Shown: in pieces, positions 19,501 to 31,901 of the stretch
Position numbering within the stretch: the first letter of the stretch is position 1
How the letters are laid out: every line of letters begins with the position of its first letter
Assembly: GCA_905178155.1 (NCBI GenBank)
Contig: CAJINV010000002.1
Coordinates: 8,877,412 to 8,941,411, forward strand
Source of the DNA: Amoebophrya sp. A120
Lineage: Eukaryota; Protista; Dinoflagellata
DNA: 64,000 bases
Direction: 5' to 3'
Program-made: the position numbers and the translations under genes
Notes under the pieces: generated by a model
The model's database searches: none
What the model was told of the DNA's origin: nothing
What the model saw: only the letters and a program-made list of their open reading frames with translations

Positions 19501-21938
19501 GCGTCATCCTTTTCCCGAGACTCCGAAGTAGAACTACCGCTTCCGACTCCTTTGGTCGCACCACCGCTGCTCGTTTCCGGCGTCGGAACAGGTGTTGTTG
19601 TCGTGGTCTCTTCCTCTAGTGACATTGAAGCCTCTGAGGAGGATTTCGTGTGCTCTGCACTGCTGTCGCTGCTTGTCGAGTTGTTGTTTTCGTGCTTTGT
19701 TCCTTGTGCAAAACTGGACTTGTGCAAAGAGAGCTGTTCAGGCGCGCTTCCCAAGGGAACTGTCCCGGTCACGCGGGCGCTACTTGCCTGCTGGATCAAT
19801 TCGCCGTTCGAACCCTTCGTTCCCAGGCCACTACCGCCACCGCCAACATGTTCAGTCGCCTTTTGTTCCGCTACAAGCATGACCTCGTGGCGCGCCTCCT
19901 CGCTAAGATTGGACAACACAGTTGCTGCGGTTTCCTTGGCCTGTTTCGTGTCCGAATTCCCGATCAAGACCTCCATCGCGCCGTCCAGCACGTTCTCGGC
20001 CGTCTGCCGCTGCTGTTCCGCAGACATCGGGACCTCGGGTTCGATCAACCGCGACCCCGGGGCGTAAGGGGCCGCAAATGGCGCCGTAGAAGTGGTCGTG
20101 GTCTGGTCATAGCAGTCCAAGCACCCGCCCGCTTTCTCCTGCAACAACGAGGACGCGGGGGGCGGCGGAGGGGCTCCAGCGCCAGCAGCTCCCTGCTGCT
20201 GCGCGTTTCGCAGCTCGCTGTTTGCGCCATAGTCTTGTTCCTCAGGAGGGGGCGGGGGCGGAGAGGCTTCGGATGGAACCGCCTGCGGAATCGCCGCGCT
20301 TTCCAGCGGTGGCGGTTCTTGGTCGGCCGCCTCCGCTGCTGCTTCGGCCTGCGCCGCCGTTGCGGCGGCCTGAGCGGGAGGCATGTCCGCGATGTTTGTG
20401 GGCGCCGGCGGAGGTGCAACGACCTGGGTGGTAGCAGCCTTTTTCTTGTTGCGCCCGTATATGCAGTCCACGCAGTCCTCCAAACGCGAGGGAGACGGGA
20501 CCGGCCTCGCCAGCGCCAGTCCGGCCGGCATCGGGCCGGCCGTGGTCACGACGGTCGGCTGATCACCAACCTTCTCCGCGAAGCTGCCCGACGGCTGCTC
20601 CACGAGTGGCGGCGGTGCGGGCGGCAAGTTGTCAGCTACCGCGGCTTTGTCCGCGGCTACGTGGGCCGCGAGCGCGGCTTTTTCGGCCGCCGATTGCGGC
20701 GGCAGCGCGATTGCGGGTTTTGTGTGGCTTCCTTCTTTTTCAGTCGGGTAGCAGTCCCCCAACCCAAGGCAGCCTCGATCGGGAGAAGCCTCGCCGTTTT
20801 TCAACTGCTCTCCGGACAGCTGCTCCCCCTTGACGACGGCGGGCGAGGCCATAGGGGCGTGCGAGGCCGTCATCATCAGTTCCGGAGGGGAGGCAGGAGG
20901 TGCGCCGCGATTCGCTTGAGGTCGTGGAAAACTACCTGTGCCAATCGGCGGAGGCCCACCTGGCTGCTCTTCGAGCGCGCCCGTGGAACCGTATAATTGG
21001 CCCTCTGTGCTGGCCGTGGGCTTGTCCATCTCCGCTGTTGAGCCAGTGGATTCATGCGTAGGGGCTTGTTGGGTCGTCGTGCTGCTACCCGTCTCTTCAT
21101 GTTGTTCTCCTGCCGGTGATGACGCTATGTGCGGAGACGGAGTAGTGGTGGACATCTTGTGCTCCTCCTCCAAAAAGCTGGTAGCAGTACCACCAGGCTC
21201 TTTATTCTCTTGCTGGGCCTCCTGCTGCTGCTGCTGCTGCGCTTCCGAAGAGGCTGCTCCCCGCCCTTGCGCCTCCGCTAACGCGGCTGGGTTTTGCGTT
21301 GTGGTCGGGGCAGCCGTTGCGTTGGCCGATGCCGGTGGCGCTGGCATGGTTTGTGGAGTGTTGCTGTCGTCCACGACCGGTGGCAATTCCCCGTCCGCAC
21401 CATAATTGTTGTTGTCATTATCTGCGTTTGCACTGTTCCCTGCGGGGCCGGCGGGCGCAAGGTTCTTACTGTTTTCCTGGAATGATGACGATTTTTCTGG
21501 TGAACTTGGGATGCCAACAGTAGGCTCAGCACGATTTTGCCACCCCGCTAGTGAAGCCGGATTCTGTGTCGTCGACGAGCCCGCTGTAGCGTTGGCCTGT
21601 ACGGACGGCGGGGATGGCATGGTCGCTGGAGGTGTGGTGGGGGTACTTTCCTCCATCGGTGGCAATTCACCATCTGCTCCGTAGTCGTTGTTGTCAGTAT
21701 TCACATTTTTTGTTTTCTCTGCGAGCTGATTTTTGTTATTTTCTTGGAACGACGAAGACTCAGACGATGGACTTGCGTCCAAGCTCGGACGTGGTGCCCG
21801 ATGCAGGTCGAAGGCGGTAACGAAGTCCGAGATTGCGATCCCGAGCGCAATGGCTGACAATGAAACTGAAGCTCGGAAGTATGTCATTCTCTTTACATCG
21901 TGAAGATAAGAGGATACCTTTCTTCGGTTCACAGGCAT
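16584..21938 (-). CDS. Large mucin-like type I membrane/secretory precursor, 3 exons (21938-17714, 17502-17349, 17112-16584)
   Basis: Hydrophobic signal (VSLSAIALGIAISDFVTA), then an S/T/P/E-rich ectodomain. Removing element 17508-17713 plus one CCACG joins ...VRDVVQNFDY.... A GT-AG intron (17348-17113) joins FSVVPQLCARL in frame. This is followed by a TM helix (WVCIALPLGVLGLLSIVLCVAVI) and a cytoplasmic tail. Confidence 0.75.
17508..17713. mobile_element. TIR introner-like element, family A (206 bp), non-canonical intron
   Basis: TIRs TATCCAAGAAAAAAACACCATCACAATCAC / GTGATTGTGATGGTGTTTTTTTCTTGAATA. TSD CCACG at 17503-17507 and 17714-17718. Confidence 0.9.
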
Positions 21939-23263
21939 GATAATAGACGTTTACTTGAAATTGCGAAATAAATACTAGGTAAGGATGTATTGTACGAATG
22001 TGTGCTTGATCTTGCTAACAGCTTCTTGTGACGAAGGGGGCTTCTAAAATTTCTTTTTCGAGTTGTAGGGGGGCGGAACGAGTGCAAAATGAGTACGTGT
22101 GAAACTAGGACAAGAAAAGCTGAAAATCACTGGCCATGCATGATCAAGCAACAACAATGAGGTCTACTTGAACGTTCTTCTACTTGGTGTTCTTACGAAA
22201 GCCTGAACGACGAGGACAACTCCGAGAAGCACGACAAGGTTGCACGCAGAGGGAAGGGGAACAAGACGACCGAGGGCACTTACATTTAAATATGTTCAAT
22301 ATGTACTTTCCGCTTCGCCAACTGTGTACGAAACAAATCGAGCCGAGACAGCATGCATCGCACGACACCGACGGAGTCTAAGGTCTTCTTTCACGATGCA
22401 GCACAGAACAGACTCAAAACGAAAATCCAAATCATGATGCAGCGAGAACGCTAGCGTAAGCAACCGAAGTAGGCCGCGCACAGCGGAAAGAAAACCGAGC
22501 TGAAATGCCACTTGGATGCGCGCAAGCATCTTCCGCCTGAACGATGAAAAGAGACGCGAAAAAGACAGATCTTGTATATTGCAATCTTACCGAGGAGTCG
22601 CTTTATGAAATAGCACGCGAGGGGGCATCAAATTTACATTTATCATCCTGCTACGAAATCAAAACCCGAAGAACAAAATTTGACGTAGAGAAAATGATAC
22701 AAAACCTGAGCTCACGTCCACAGCCTGTGTCTGATATAGCCTCATGTAGTGTCGTTTTGTTTTATCGCTACGATCATGTGAATGTGTCGGGTGCTTTCAT
22801 ATCTTCATGCTGCTTTCACATCGTAAATTTTGGCCCTGGGCACTAAACCAAATTCACAATGGAGCACATGCATGTTGTCGCTTTCTCTATGTGAAATCGT
22901 CTATGTATGTGAGCAAAAAAAGAAGTTTGCGGATTGCACAGGGACGAGGTTGGCTTCCTTTGCGTGAAACTAACATCAAGAAGTGCATGCGTCGCGGGGT
23001 GCGTGTGTCGCCTTGTAGTATTCTTGTTGAAAAGAAGAGACAACTCTATTCGTCAGGTCTGTCTCCAAAGTATCGCAAACAGCAAACGCCGAAGGTCTAG
23101 CGCTTGATAGATGAAAAGGCCCTCTGCTAGCACCTAGCAGCGCTGGGATATCCAAGCACCGGCCTTCAAATTCGGAAGCGGAACGCATTTTTCCTCTCCT
23201 CGCAAGATAAAAAGGAAAAGCGAGATCATTTTATACATCGGTACAAATGTCCGACCGTGTCTT

Positions 23264-25611
23264 CTATCTGCTGAGCAGTGCGTTGCAGACGTCTTCGACG
23301 TGCAGTTTCCTCAAATTTGTGTACTTCTGCCCCGTTCCGACGAACACGACGGGCTGCCCGCTGACGTACACCATGGACAGCGCCGCGCCGACCTTGTCGT
23401 CCACGGTGTCGTACTTCGTGAGCAGCAAGCCGTCGATCCCCCGCGGGTTCACCCGGTCCGGGCTGAGGTCGATCAAGGAGCGGTTGAACTGCTTCACCTG
23501 GTCGATGCCGTCGTTCCCCGTGAGCGCCTCGCCGACGAAGAGCACCAGATCCGGTTGGTTCACGGCGACCATCTTGCTGATTTCCCGCATCAGCGGTTCG
23601 TTCCCCTGCATGCGGCCCGCCGTGTCGATCAGCACCACGTCGATGTTTTCCTTGGCCGCGTGTTTCAGGGCGTTCTTCGCAATCTCCGCCGGGTCCTTGC
23701 CGTAGCCGCGCTCGTACAGCTGCGCATCCAGACACCTCGCGTGGGTCTTCAGCTGCTCCACGGCGCCCGCGCGAAAGGTGTCACAGGCGGCGATCAAAAT
23801 CTGATAGGTATGGGTTTTCAGCTTGAAGAAGTAGTTCTTGGGGTATAGAAATGAATACTTAGCAGTGGTCCTGATGATGTTACACAGGGAAAGAACCTGC
23901 TCTGGCAAGTTCTCGTTTGAGACGAAAATTTAAATTTTTCCGAAGCAGACTTGTTCAAAAAAAAAAAATGAATACGCTCAGCCCGCCCTGCTTCTTCAGA
24001 TGATAAGCCACCTTCGCTAGATTTGTGCTTTTCCCGACCCCGTTGACTCCGATGAACGCGATGGAGAAGGGCCGCCCCGCGGCCTTCGCCTGCAGCGCCG
24101 CCCGCATGACGTCGACGCTTTTCTTCGGTGTCAGCAGCTGCGATATCGCCCGAACCATCTCGCGGTAGATGGTTTGCCGTATGGTAGTCCACGCCTCCGT
24201 TGTTTGGCCAACCAATGACTGGCGCACGCTCTCGAGCAAGCGGTCGGCGACCTGTTAAGTCGGATGTCGTGTGACTTCAAGATGATGTTTTGTTCTGCGT
24301 ATCTATGTCATTGCAGAACAGCAAGCAACGATATTCGTTTTCGTATTCACTTCGTAGCACCCCTCAACATCTCAACGAGTACCTCTTTCGCCACGTTTTT
24401 GTTAAGCAATTGGTCTCGTATTGGTGCGAGCAAGGGTGCCAAGTCGTCCTCTGTCAGCTTCTTTCCGCCGGTGAAACCTTTCATTTTACTGCTCAGCTTC
24501 CCCCAAATGCTGTTAGGAGCAGTATCGTCCACAGGCTCGATCAGAACCGGCTGTTGATGTTTTGCATGTGTAATATGGATTGTGTTGATGCTGATGCATT
24601 CTAAGAAAGTCCGTCGATTGCGAAAGCAAAATTGAAACTCGAAAGGCCCATCTACCTCGCCCGAGACATATTCAGAGGCATTAAGCCCCGTCGTGTGTAG
24701 CCCCTGTGAGAAAGCATTCATTTCGCAAGCTTTTATCTATACGTACCTTCTGATTGATCTCCGGCTCCCCGTCGTCATCGTCATCCAGGAACTGCGCGAG
24801 AGCTGCCGCGTTTTGGCTCTCTTCCGAGGCTTCATCCTTGCCGTCGCCGCTCTTCGAGAAGTCCAACTTATCTATGGCCTGCTTGTTCACCTTTCCGGCG
24901 CCGACCCACTCGCGCTTCCCCCGCCGCCCCGAAGCCGCGCCGTCTTCCGACTCCTCGGATTCCTTCTTGTCTGCGCCGTCGCTCACCCCGACGCGTTTGC
25001 CCCGCTCTGTGTCAGCGAAGGACCGCATTTCCGTCTTTTTCGTCAGCCATTCCCGGTCGAACTCCAGTTTTATACGCTCGAATTCGAGCTTGAAGTCGTC
25101 CCTGAACCTCCAATCTAACCGGTCACAGTTCGGGTCCAGCGTATTGGCGAAAGCGGCGGAAACCTGCTGGAGCAACCGGTCCAGGTACGCCATTTGCAAG
25201 ATACCCTGGCGTTTTTTTTAATTGCATGATAGACAAGCGAAAGTCTACTTTCGTCATTTCTAGAGTCTTCCACCGGCTTTCGTGCTACTTATCACAGGAA
25301 GAGATCTTCAACACCGATTGAACAATGCAAATGATCGTGTTGTTGAAAACATAGTTACACAAACAAATCATATGTCGTGCAACGAAAAATCCTGTAAGTA
25401 CCTGGTATATCAGCACAAACACGAGCTCCAGGTCGTTTCGTATTTTGCACTTCAGTTTGTAGTTGTCGACTTGCGTGGACGCACTGTCATCGTTTTGCTC
25501 CTGCAGAAGGACCGTCTTGATGAATTTGTCCACCGGGTCCTTGGCAAGCTTCAGTTCCCACCGGAACAAAACCACACCGGTTTTTGTGAACACAATGAAA
25601 TCGTCGATCAT
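23264..25611 (-). CDS. SRPRA: Signal recognition particle receptor alpha subunit, 5 exons (25611-25402, 25205-24747, 24550-24383, 24251-23976, 23800-23264)
   Basis: Longin N-terminus MIDDFIVFTKTGVVLF and GTPase motifs GVNGVGKSTNLAK, ACDTFRAGAVEQL, DTAGR, TKYDTVDDKVGA, GTGQKY. Four GT-AG introns were checked and are in frame. Confidence 0.95.
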
Positions 25612-26252
25612 TTTTTCGGTAGATGCTTCTTGCAAGTCTATGTGAAGAAAGATTTTCACTACCGTGCAAATGTCATTGTTGAAAAATACTACTAAATGGC
25701 CAGGAATATTAACTAAAAAAGGGCGAAACTAACGAACTCTACTGAAACGGTCAAACCAAAATTTCTCTTTTTACTTCGACTTCGAAAAGAAACTACTTAA
25801 ACTGTGAAATGGCAATATTCCGGCATGCTGACTAAGCTCTCCTCTACCATAACGGGCTGATGCGTTTTCAGAAAAAACTCTCTCGAGGCGAAGGCCCAGT
25901 TTGTTTAGATCTGTAATTGCTCTTCAAGGGCCAGAATGATTAGATCTTATTCCGTCAGAAACCTCGAACTACACGCAATGTATGCGTGAGAACCCGCAGT
26001 TCATTGTCATTCGATCCTGCAATAAGCTCGTCTCTGCGTTGGAACACGATCCAGACGCGACACAGAAATGGCTTCCGCGGCGCCTACTTCTCGGTAGCTA
26101 TTTTTACCACCTCGCTCGCGATCTTTCAATTTGAAAAAAAATCCTGCAAACAAGCGGGAAGCTTCACTTACTTTCTCGTCGCAGCAGTTTATCGTCGATT
26201 AAATTCTACAATAAGTTCAAGTTTACACGGCACTACAAGAACCTTGATTCAA

Positions 26253-26615
26253 TCAGAACTTCCCTCCCAGAAATACGCGCTGCCCGTCCACCCAGCCCCA
26301 CTTGCTACCCACGGCGCTGCGGCCGCAAAGCACCTCTACTGCGCTGAAGGATTTATTCGCGGGTTTACTTGCGGTTGCCCCAGAGGTGGCAGCTGCCGAG
26401 TCGGCGATTCTTCCCTGCTGCTTTTCGCCTTTTTCCTCCCACTTAATAACCTGCGACCAGGTATTGTGCAGAACCTGTGGAGTTATCTTTAGATTTTCCT
26501 GCTCCGCTGCGCTGGGAATGCGAGACGACGTTGCCTTCAGATTCTTGTGCTGGTTGCGATCCCCGTAGGTCATCACCCAACGGGCGTTCTTTTGCGCGCC
26601 GGTGTGTTGAGGCAT
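26253..26615 (-). CDS. Hypothetical protein
   Basis: 120-aa ATG ORF co-oriented with its neighbours and flanked by more AT-rich spacers. No recognised domain. Confidence 0.35.
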   Translation of the reverse strand: MPQHTGAQKNARWVMTYGDRNQHKNLKATSSRIPSAAEQENLKITPQVLHNTWSQVIKWEEKGEKQQGRIADSAAATSGATASKPANKSFSAVEVLCGRSAVGSKWGWVDGQRVFLGGKF

Positions 26616-27017
26616 GTTGGTGATGACTGCGAAATATCTGCAGGCTTCTTTTTGTACAGAATCGAAAGTAGCTGACAACCGCGAGCAAACGTTGGCACCA
26701 CGAACAAGCTAAATCTCAGTTTCTGCATCTGAAGTCGTTTGCGCGGAGATGGAAAGATGTCCGATCCCTAAGTAATCTGCAGGACAAAATATCGCCATTT
26801 TGATCTACCTCTCCTGTTGTGGGCCTGGGCGGCCCTCTTTGACAAAAATAAAAAAAGCGGCACTCATTGCACACTCAAGCGAAGTCTTTCTCTTCCACAT
26901 TCACCTTCGACTCATCTCTTACAAAAAACAAACGAACATCCCGCGCCGTCCCATCTCATCTTCCAAAGACACGGAAGATCGGGAATTCAACTGATCTGTC
27001 GTGTATCTGCATCTTCC

Positions 27018-27356
27018 CTATGCCCGTGTGAGGGTGCACATGCCATCCGTCGTTAAGTGCCGCAGTTCTGTTTCAGTGATGACCTGGAGGGAGATCGTTT
27101 TCCCGCCCAGGCGGCCTTCCCAGTAATTCTCGCCCTTTTTGTCCATTTTGTGTGCGAGGGAGCCAGATTTAGCACAAAGATTCGGACAGCACCCACAACA
27201 CACGCCGGATTGCTCGGAGATCGTGATCTGGTGGTCTGAATTTCGGCTGTCGAAGGAAATCACCCACGTGCCGTTGTACCAACAACTCCCACACGAGTGT
27301 GTCGAATGCCATTCCCCGGCAAGGCTGTGTGAAGAGGAGGACGAAGATCTGCCCAT
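27018..27356 (-). CDS. Small Cys-rich hypothetical protein, possibly N-myristoylated
   Basis: MGRSSSSS start, LAGEW motif, CCGCCP cluster and alternating beta-strand-like segments. Confidence 0.5.
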   Translation of the reverse strand: MGRSSSSSSHSLAGEWHSTHSCGSCWYNGTWVISFDSRNSDHQITISEQSGVCCGCCPNLCAKSGSLAHKMDKKGENYWEGRLGGKTISLQVITETELRHLTTDGMCTLTRA

Positions 27357-28284
27357 AGTACCAAGGATCTCTTTGCTTCGTCGGGAATGAACCAGTGGCT
27401 TATTTTCCTCTTGATGCCGTCGAGGTGTGGAGCAATTATGGTTCGTGGATGAATCGTCTCCTGTCATTGAAGATTACAAGACTTTGTATTTCAGTCATGG
27501 CTCAGTGACAATTTGCTTTGTCTTTGTTTGTGTATGGTACAAAGTGGGCGCTGAGAAACAAGTGAGTGCAAGCAGATCCCCATAATCTTGTCTGGCTGAC
27601 GGACGAAGCAATAAGCACGACTCAGTGTCCATTTTTCTTTTCCGTTCACTCGACGCTCAGAGAAAACAAAAAGCGGCGATCCTGATGCTGCGGTCAACTT
27701 AAAAGCATCCAGTATGAGGATGAACACGAGTGCCTTACCAAAAACAGGCTTCGCTGTGCAAGGTCCCACTAAGACAACATAGTCCGATTGGTTTTCTCAT
27801 GTGATTGAAAGACTGGTGACAAAGGCGGGCGGGCTACTCCTTATAAAAATTCAACCGGCGTTCGATAAGGTGTTAGATGTCAGGCGAATCAGCAGTTGGC
27901 AGGCAGGTGTGGTTGTACTGTAATATTCGCTGCTATGCGAGACGAACAAAAAGATCTTGAGCATGTACAAATGCGAAATAGTCCATGGCGGGGGTCTACC
28001 CTCCGATAGATTCGCCACTCTATTCCGATAATTTTTGCGCGTTTGTAATATTCACGAACTCCCACTGTCTCCAAAGTTTCGTCTGATTTACCTTTGCTGT
28101 AGTTACAGAGATATGGATACTGGTCGTCACTTCAAAAAATCGCGACTGCTTATAAAACATTCTCATGAAAATAAAAGTGTGCTTCTGGGTGGAGAGGACC
28201 TGAAAAGACCGAGTTTCCCAAATAAATGCGACCCCAAAACTGCTCCCCACCAGACCTTGACACGCATCCAATCGTCACGACCAC

Positions 28285-29558
28285 CTAGCACATTTGCACC
28301 TTGATCTTCTGCTGGTTCAAGGTACCGCCATCGTACTTTTGGATCGCCGAGGAAGCGTCTTTCTGGGTCGTGTATGTCAGGACGAATTCGCCGGTCTTTC
28401 CCCGCACGGTGTCGCAGCTCTCGATCCGTCCACATTGCTGGAACGCGTCCCGCAGGTCGCTTCCCGAGATCTGCGCCGGCACGTTGGTGACCCGGATCAT
28501 GCAGTGCGCTCGGTTACCTCCACGGTCCCGGGAAGACCGGTTGTTCCCGCGGCTGTTTAGTATTATTTTTTGTCGCTTCTTAGGCAACCTGGCAAACAAG
28601 TATGACTATGAACCTCCATTTTGTATATGCAAAATAATACAGTTCCAGTTCACGAGTTATCCAAAATACTAGTAATCAATGCGTTACGACTCGTAGGTTC
28701 TATCATGCCGATCAAATCAAAGAAGCCCAAAAAAAATCTGTACCGGGACGGCTTTTCCTGTTCTTCGTCCTTGTAGTACCCCCGGGTATAGTCCGGCTGG
28801 CCCCCACCTCGGCTCTGGCCGGCGTCGTACGGTTGGTAGCGGGGGTTCTGCGGGGGCGGCTGGCCGTACCGTGGGTTGCTGGGGCCGTACCCGTAGTCGT
28901 CGTAGTAGCGATCCTTGCCCCCACCGCGCCGGTCGTCGTAGTAGTCCCGGGGCCCGCCGCCCTTGCCGTAGCCGCCGTACCAGTCCTTCCCGTAGTAGTC
29001 GCTCTCGTACCAGTCGTTCTTCCCCGAGTCCCGGCGCCCGTAGTTCGTGCCGCGGTCGTAGTTCCGCCCGGAATTACTGCCGCCCTTTTTGTCGAACTTC
29101 TTCTTCACGTCGTTCTCACCACCCCCCTTCTTGTCCCCCTTCTTGTTCTTCCCCTTGGACTTGTTGGACTTTTTCGCGTTCTTGTCCGCCTTCATCACGT
29201 CGTCCAAACTCATGGCCAGCTTGTCCTCGGTCTTCTTGCCGGAATCCGCAGCAGGAGCGTCTTCCTTCTTCTCCTTAGGCTCCGCTTTTTCCTTCTTCTC
29301 GGGCTTCTTCTGGTTCTTCTTCCCGTCCTTGATCAAATCTTCGAGGGTTTTTTCCTCCACCACCTTCTTGGAATCCTTCTTCTCCGCGGCCTCCTCGCCA
29401 TCCTCGGTCTTGTGCTCGCCCTCCTTCTGCTCCTTGTCGAGCTTCATCACGGTGGACTCTTCGTTCTTCCCCTCCTCGTTGGAAGATTTGTTGACTTCGT
29501 CAAGCCCACTTTCCTCGGCCAGCACCTTCGGCTCAGACTGCTCCAGGTCCGACGTCAT
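28285..29558 (-). CDS. ALYREF/Yra1-like RNA-binding protein, 2 exons (29558-28744, 28588-28285)
   Basis: DKLAMSLDDVMK (REF-N/UBM-like motif), an R/G/Y/D-rich region and a C-terminal RRM (IRVTNVP...DLRDAFQQCGRI...AIQKYDGGTLN). In-frame GT-AG intron 28743-28589. Confidence 0.75.
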
Positions 29559-30634
29559 TTTTATTTTCACAGTAGTTGTAGTACAAGATCGATCTTTGTG
29601 GATGGAAACAACTGCGGTTCTTTTGTTGAGATCTTCGAAGAAAAACACAGTGGACAGAACTGACCACTTCGTGACTACTTATATCTTCCTAGGAGGGATA
29701 TTAGTAGATACCCGTAGTTTATTTCGGTAAAAACGACCAAGGAAAAATTTTTATTGGTACTCGGTGAACAAAAGATGTCGTTCTGTCGACCTGGACAAAA
29801 GTTTGAAGAGGGGTGCGTGCAATTTGAAAAAAATTATTAATAGTGGGTGGGGGGCGAGACGCGATGCGTCAATGACATCAATGATACGAAATAAACTTTT
29901 GCGGGAATGGAAACGGTTACAGAAAGTTCGAAGATCAGGGTGAATCGGGGAAAATTCTGATCGTGAAATTTGAAACTCGTTGTATTTGAGGAACTTAGGT
30001 TTGCGACGATTTTCTATTGCTTCACGAAACCATCTCACCATTTTCAAATTCTACACGCAAATTTGTTTCGCTTTCTGGACCAATTCTTTGGCTTGATGAA
30101 TTTTGCATAAATTTAGCGTTCCGTACGACGTAGTGCCAACACGATTAATCATGCATATTAAATAGGCGCCTTGTAGAAAGATAGAGGGGCGATGAAACGG
30201 TAAAGACCGGAACACCCAAGGCGGGGAGCCACAAGAGTAGAGGGAGACACAAATCCCGAGGCGGGTTTTTCTTTGTTTTTGTTCCTCACGTGAAATAAAT
30301 TCAACAAAATATTGTACATCTACATTTATGACAAAGCTCCTAAAACAAATCATGTTCAACTCCCGACAAACGTAGACCATATGTGAACAACTGAACGGCG
30401 ATGCAAAGACAGGCTGCCATGCACTTTCAACGTCCGATGAAATCTCGATTTATTTCAGAAAACTGCGCAACAAGTGAAACAAATGTAAAGTACATTACTA
30501 TAGAACCGATAGAAGTAGAACCACTATGACTAAGACTATGCAATAGCACACATTTCAAAAATAAAAACCCAAAACTAGAACCTTGTTGTAAGTATACGAT
30601 ACTGCTACATTGTAATCCTCCGGTCGATTCGATC

Positions 30635-31414
30635 TCAAATCCAGGCGTTTCCCCTGCTGGACAAGTGTTTTTTCTTCGAAAACGCGTCCAGGTTCTTCGG
30701 GTGCATCTCTTCCTCTTCAGTCGAGTACCCCTGGTCCGCTGCGTAGAGGTTGTTCTCGGACTCCTCCCCATCCAAGGTAAAATTGTCGCTCTCTTTGTAC
30801 ACCACGTCTGCCGCGGCGAAAAACTGGTTTGCGTAAAAGTTGCGGCTCGAACTGCTGTGCTGCTTGGCGCGGATCAAGTACAGCCCGTAGAGAACGAAAA
30901 ACAAAAACACCATCCCGAGAAAATGCTCCAACGTGACGCAGGGCGTTTTGGCGACATCCAGTTCCTTTGCGAGGCCGATAAAAATATTCCCGGAAGATGA
31001 ATCGGGAGTAGATGAACTTGGCGTGGTCGTGTAGTCTCTAGTACTCACCTCCAGTTGCTTCTGCACCGTCTGCGACCCGAAGGCCTCCGCCTGCTGCGTT
31101 TCAAGAAAAGACTGGAGCTCGATCTCCGCCTGCATGTCAGAATCCTGCTGGCTTGCTGTCAAAGTGGCATGATTGCCAGCTTTTGGCACCGCTGCAGATC
31201 TGGTGGTCCTACCTGACAACAAATTTGTGTCGGGAATCGTCGCGAAAGCCGCCTTCATGATTTTATCATCAGCGAGATACTGCAAGCTCCTTCCGCTAGT
31301 TCCCCGCATGTTGGTGTGGCTGCTGTGGCCGTAGACGCGGCGCTGCAGCTGTTCCTCACTTCGGTACTCGCGACGGAATTCGAGATAGGTCACGCGACGC
31401 GTCGGCGTCGACAT
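30635..31414 (-). CDS. Hypothetical single-pass membrane protein
   Basis: ORF with one TM segment (HFLGMVFLFFVLYGLYLI) and an acidic tail. The 5' end is uncertain. Confidence 0.55.
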   Translation of the reverse strand: MSTPTRRVTYLEFRREYRSEEQLQRRVYGHSSHTNMRGTSGRSLQYLADDKIMKAAFATIPDTNLLSGRTTRSAAVPKAGNHATLTASQQDSDMQAEIELQSFLETQQAEAFGSQTVQKQLEVSTRDYTTTPSSSTPDSSSGNIFIGLAKELDVAKTPCVTLEHFLGMVFLFFVLYGLYLIRAKQHSSSSRNFYANQFFAAADVVYKESDNFTLDGEESENNLYAADQGYSTEEEEMHPKNLDAFSKKKHLSSRGNAWI

Positions 31415-31901
31415 TTTTTTAGTTAAAGTCAAACTTTTTCAAATTTTCTAGTCCACTTTTCCCGACGAATCAATTGGCCCAGACCCCGTATGATCATCGG
31501 TCATCGAATTGTGAAAAACAAAAAACGTCCCGTCAGAGGCTTGCTGTGTGTTGTGGAGAAAATCCTTTGACTTTCTGTTCTATAGGAATATCAACGTTCT
31601 GGGATGACAACAGCATGTTTTTTCAACGTCCACTGCATGTGGCAATGTTTTGATTCTGCGAAAAGGTCACGAGACGGAGACGAAACACGATAGCATTCTA
31701 CTTCCTCTTAACGGTCTACCTTTACGATGATGCATGACGATTTTAAAGTAACACGGTACTTTGTGCTATTGATTAGCAGCGGTGCGGATCTACGAGAACA
31801 TTAGAGAAACAACGGATATTGATACAACCGCGCGCCTGCGAATTCAGAAAAGACAACGGCTCATCGCGTTGACGGCTGAGATGTCCATCGTTTATGACGA
31901 G

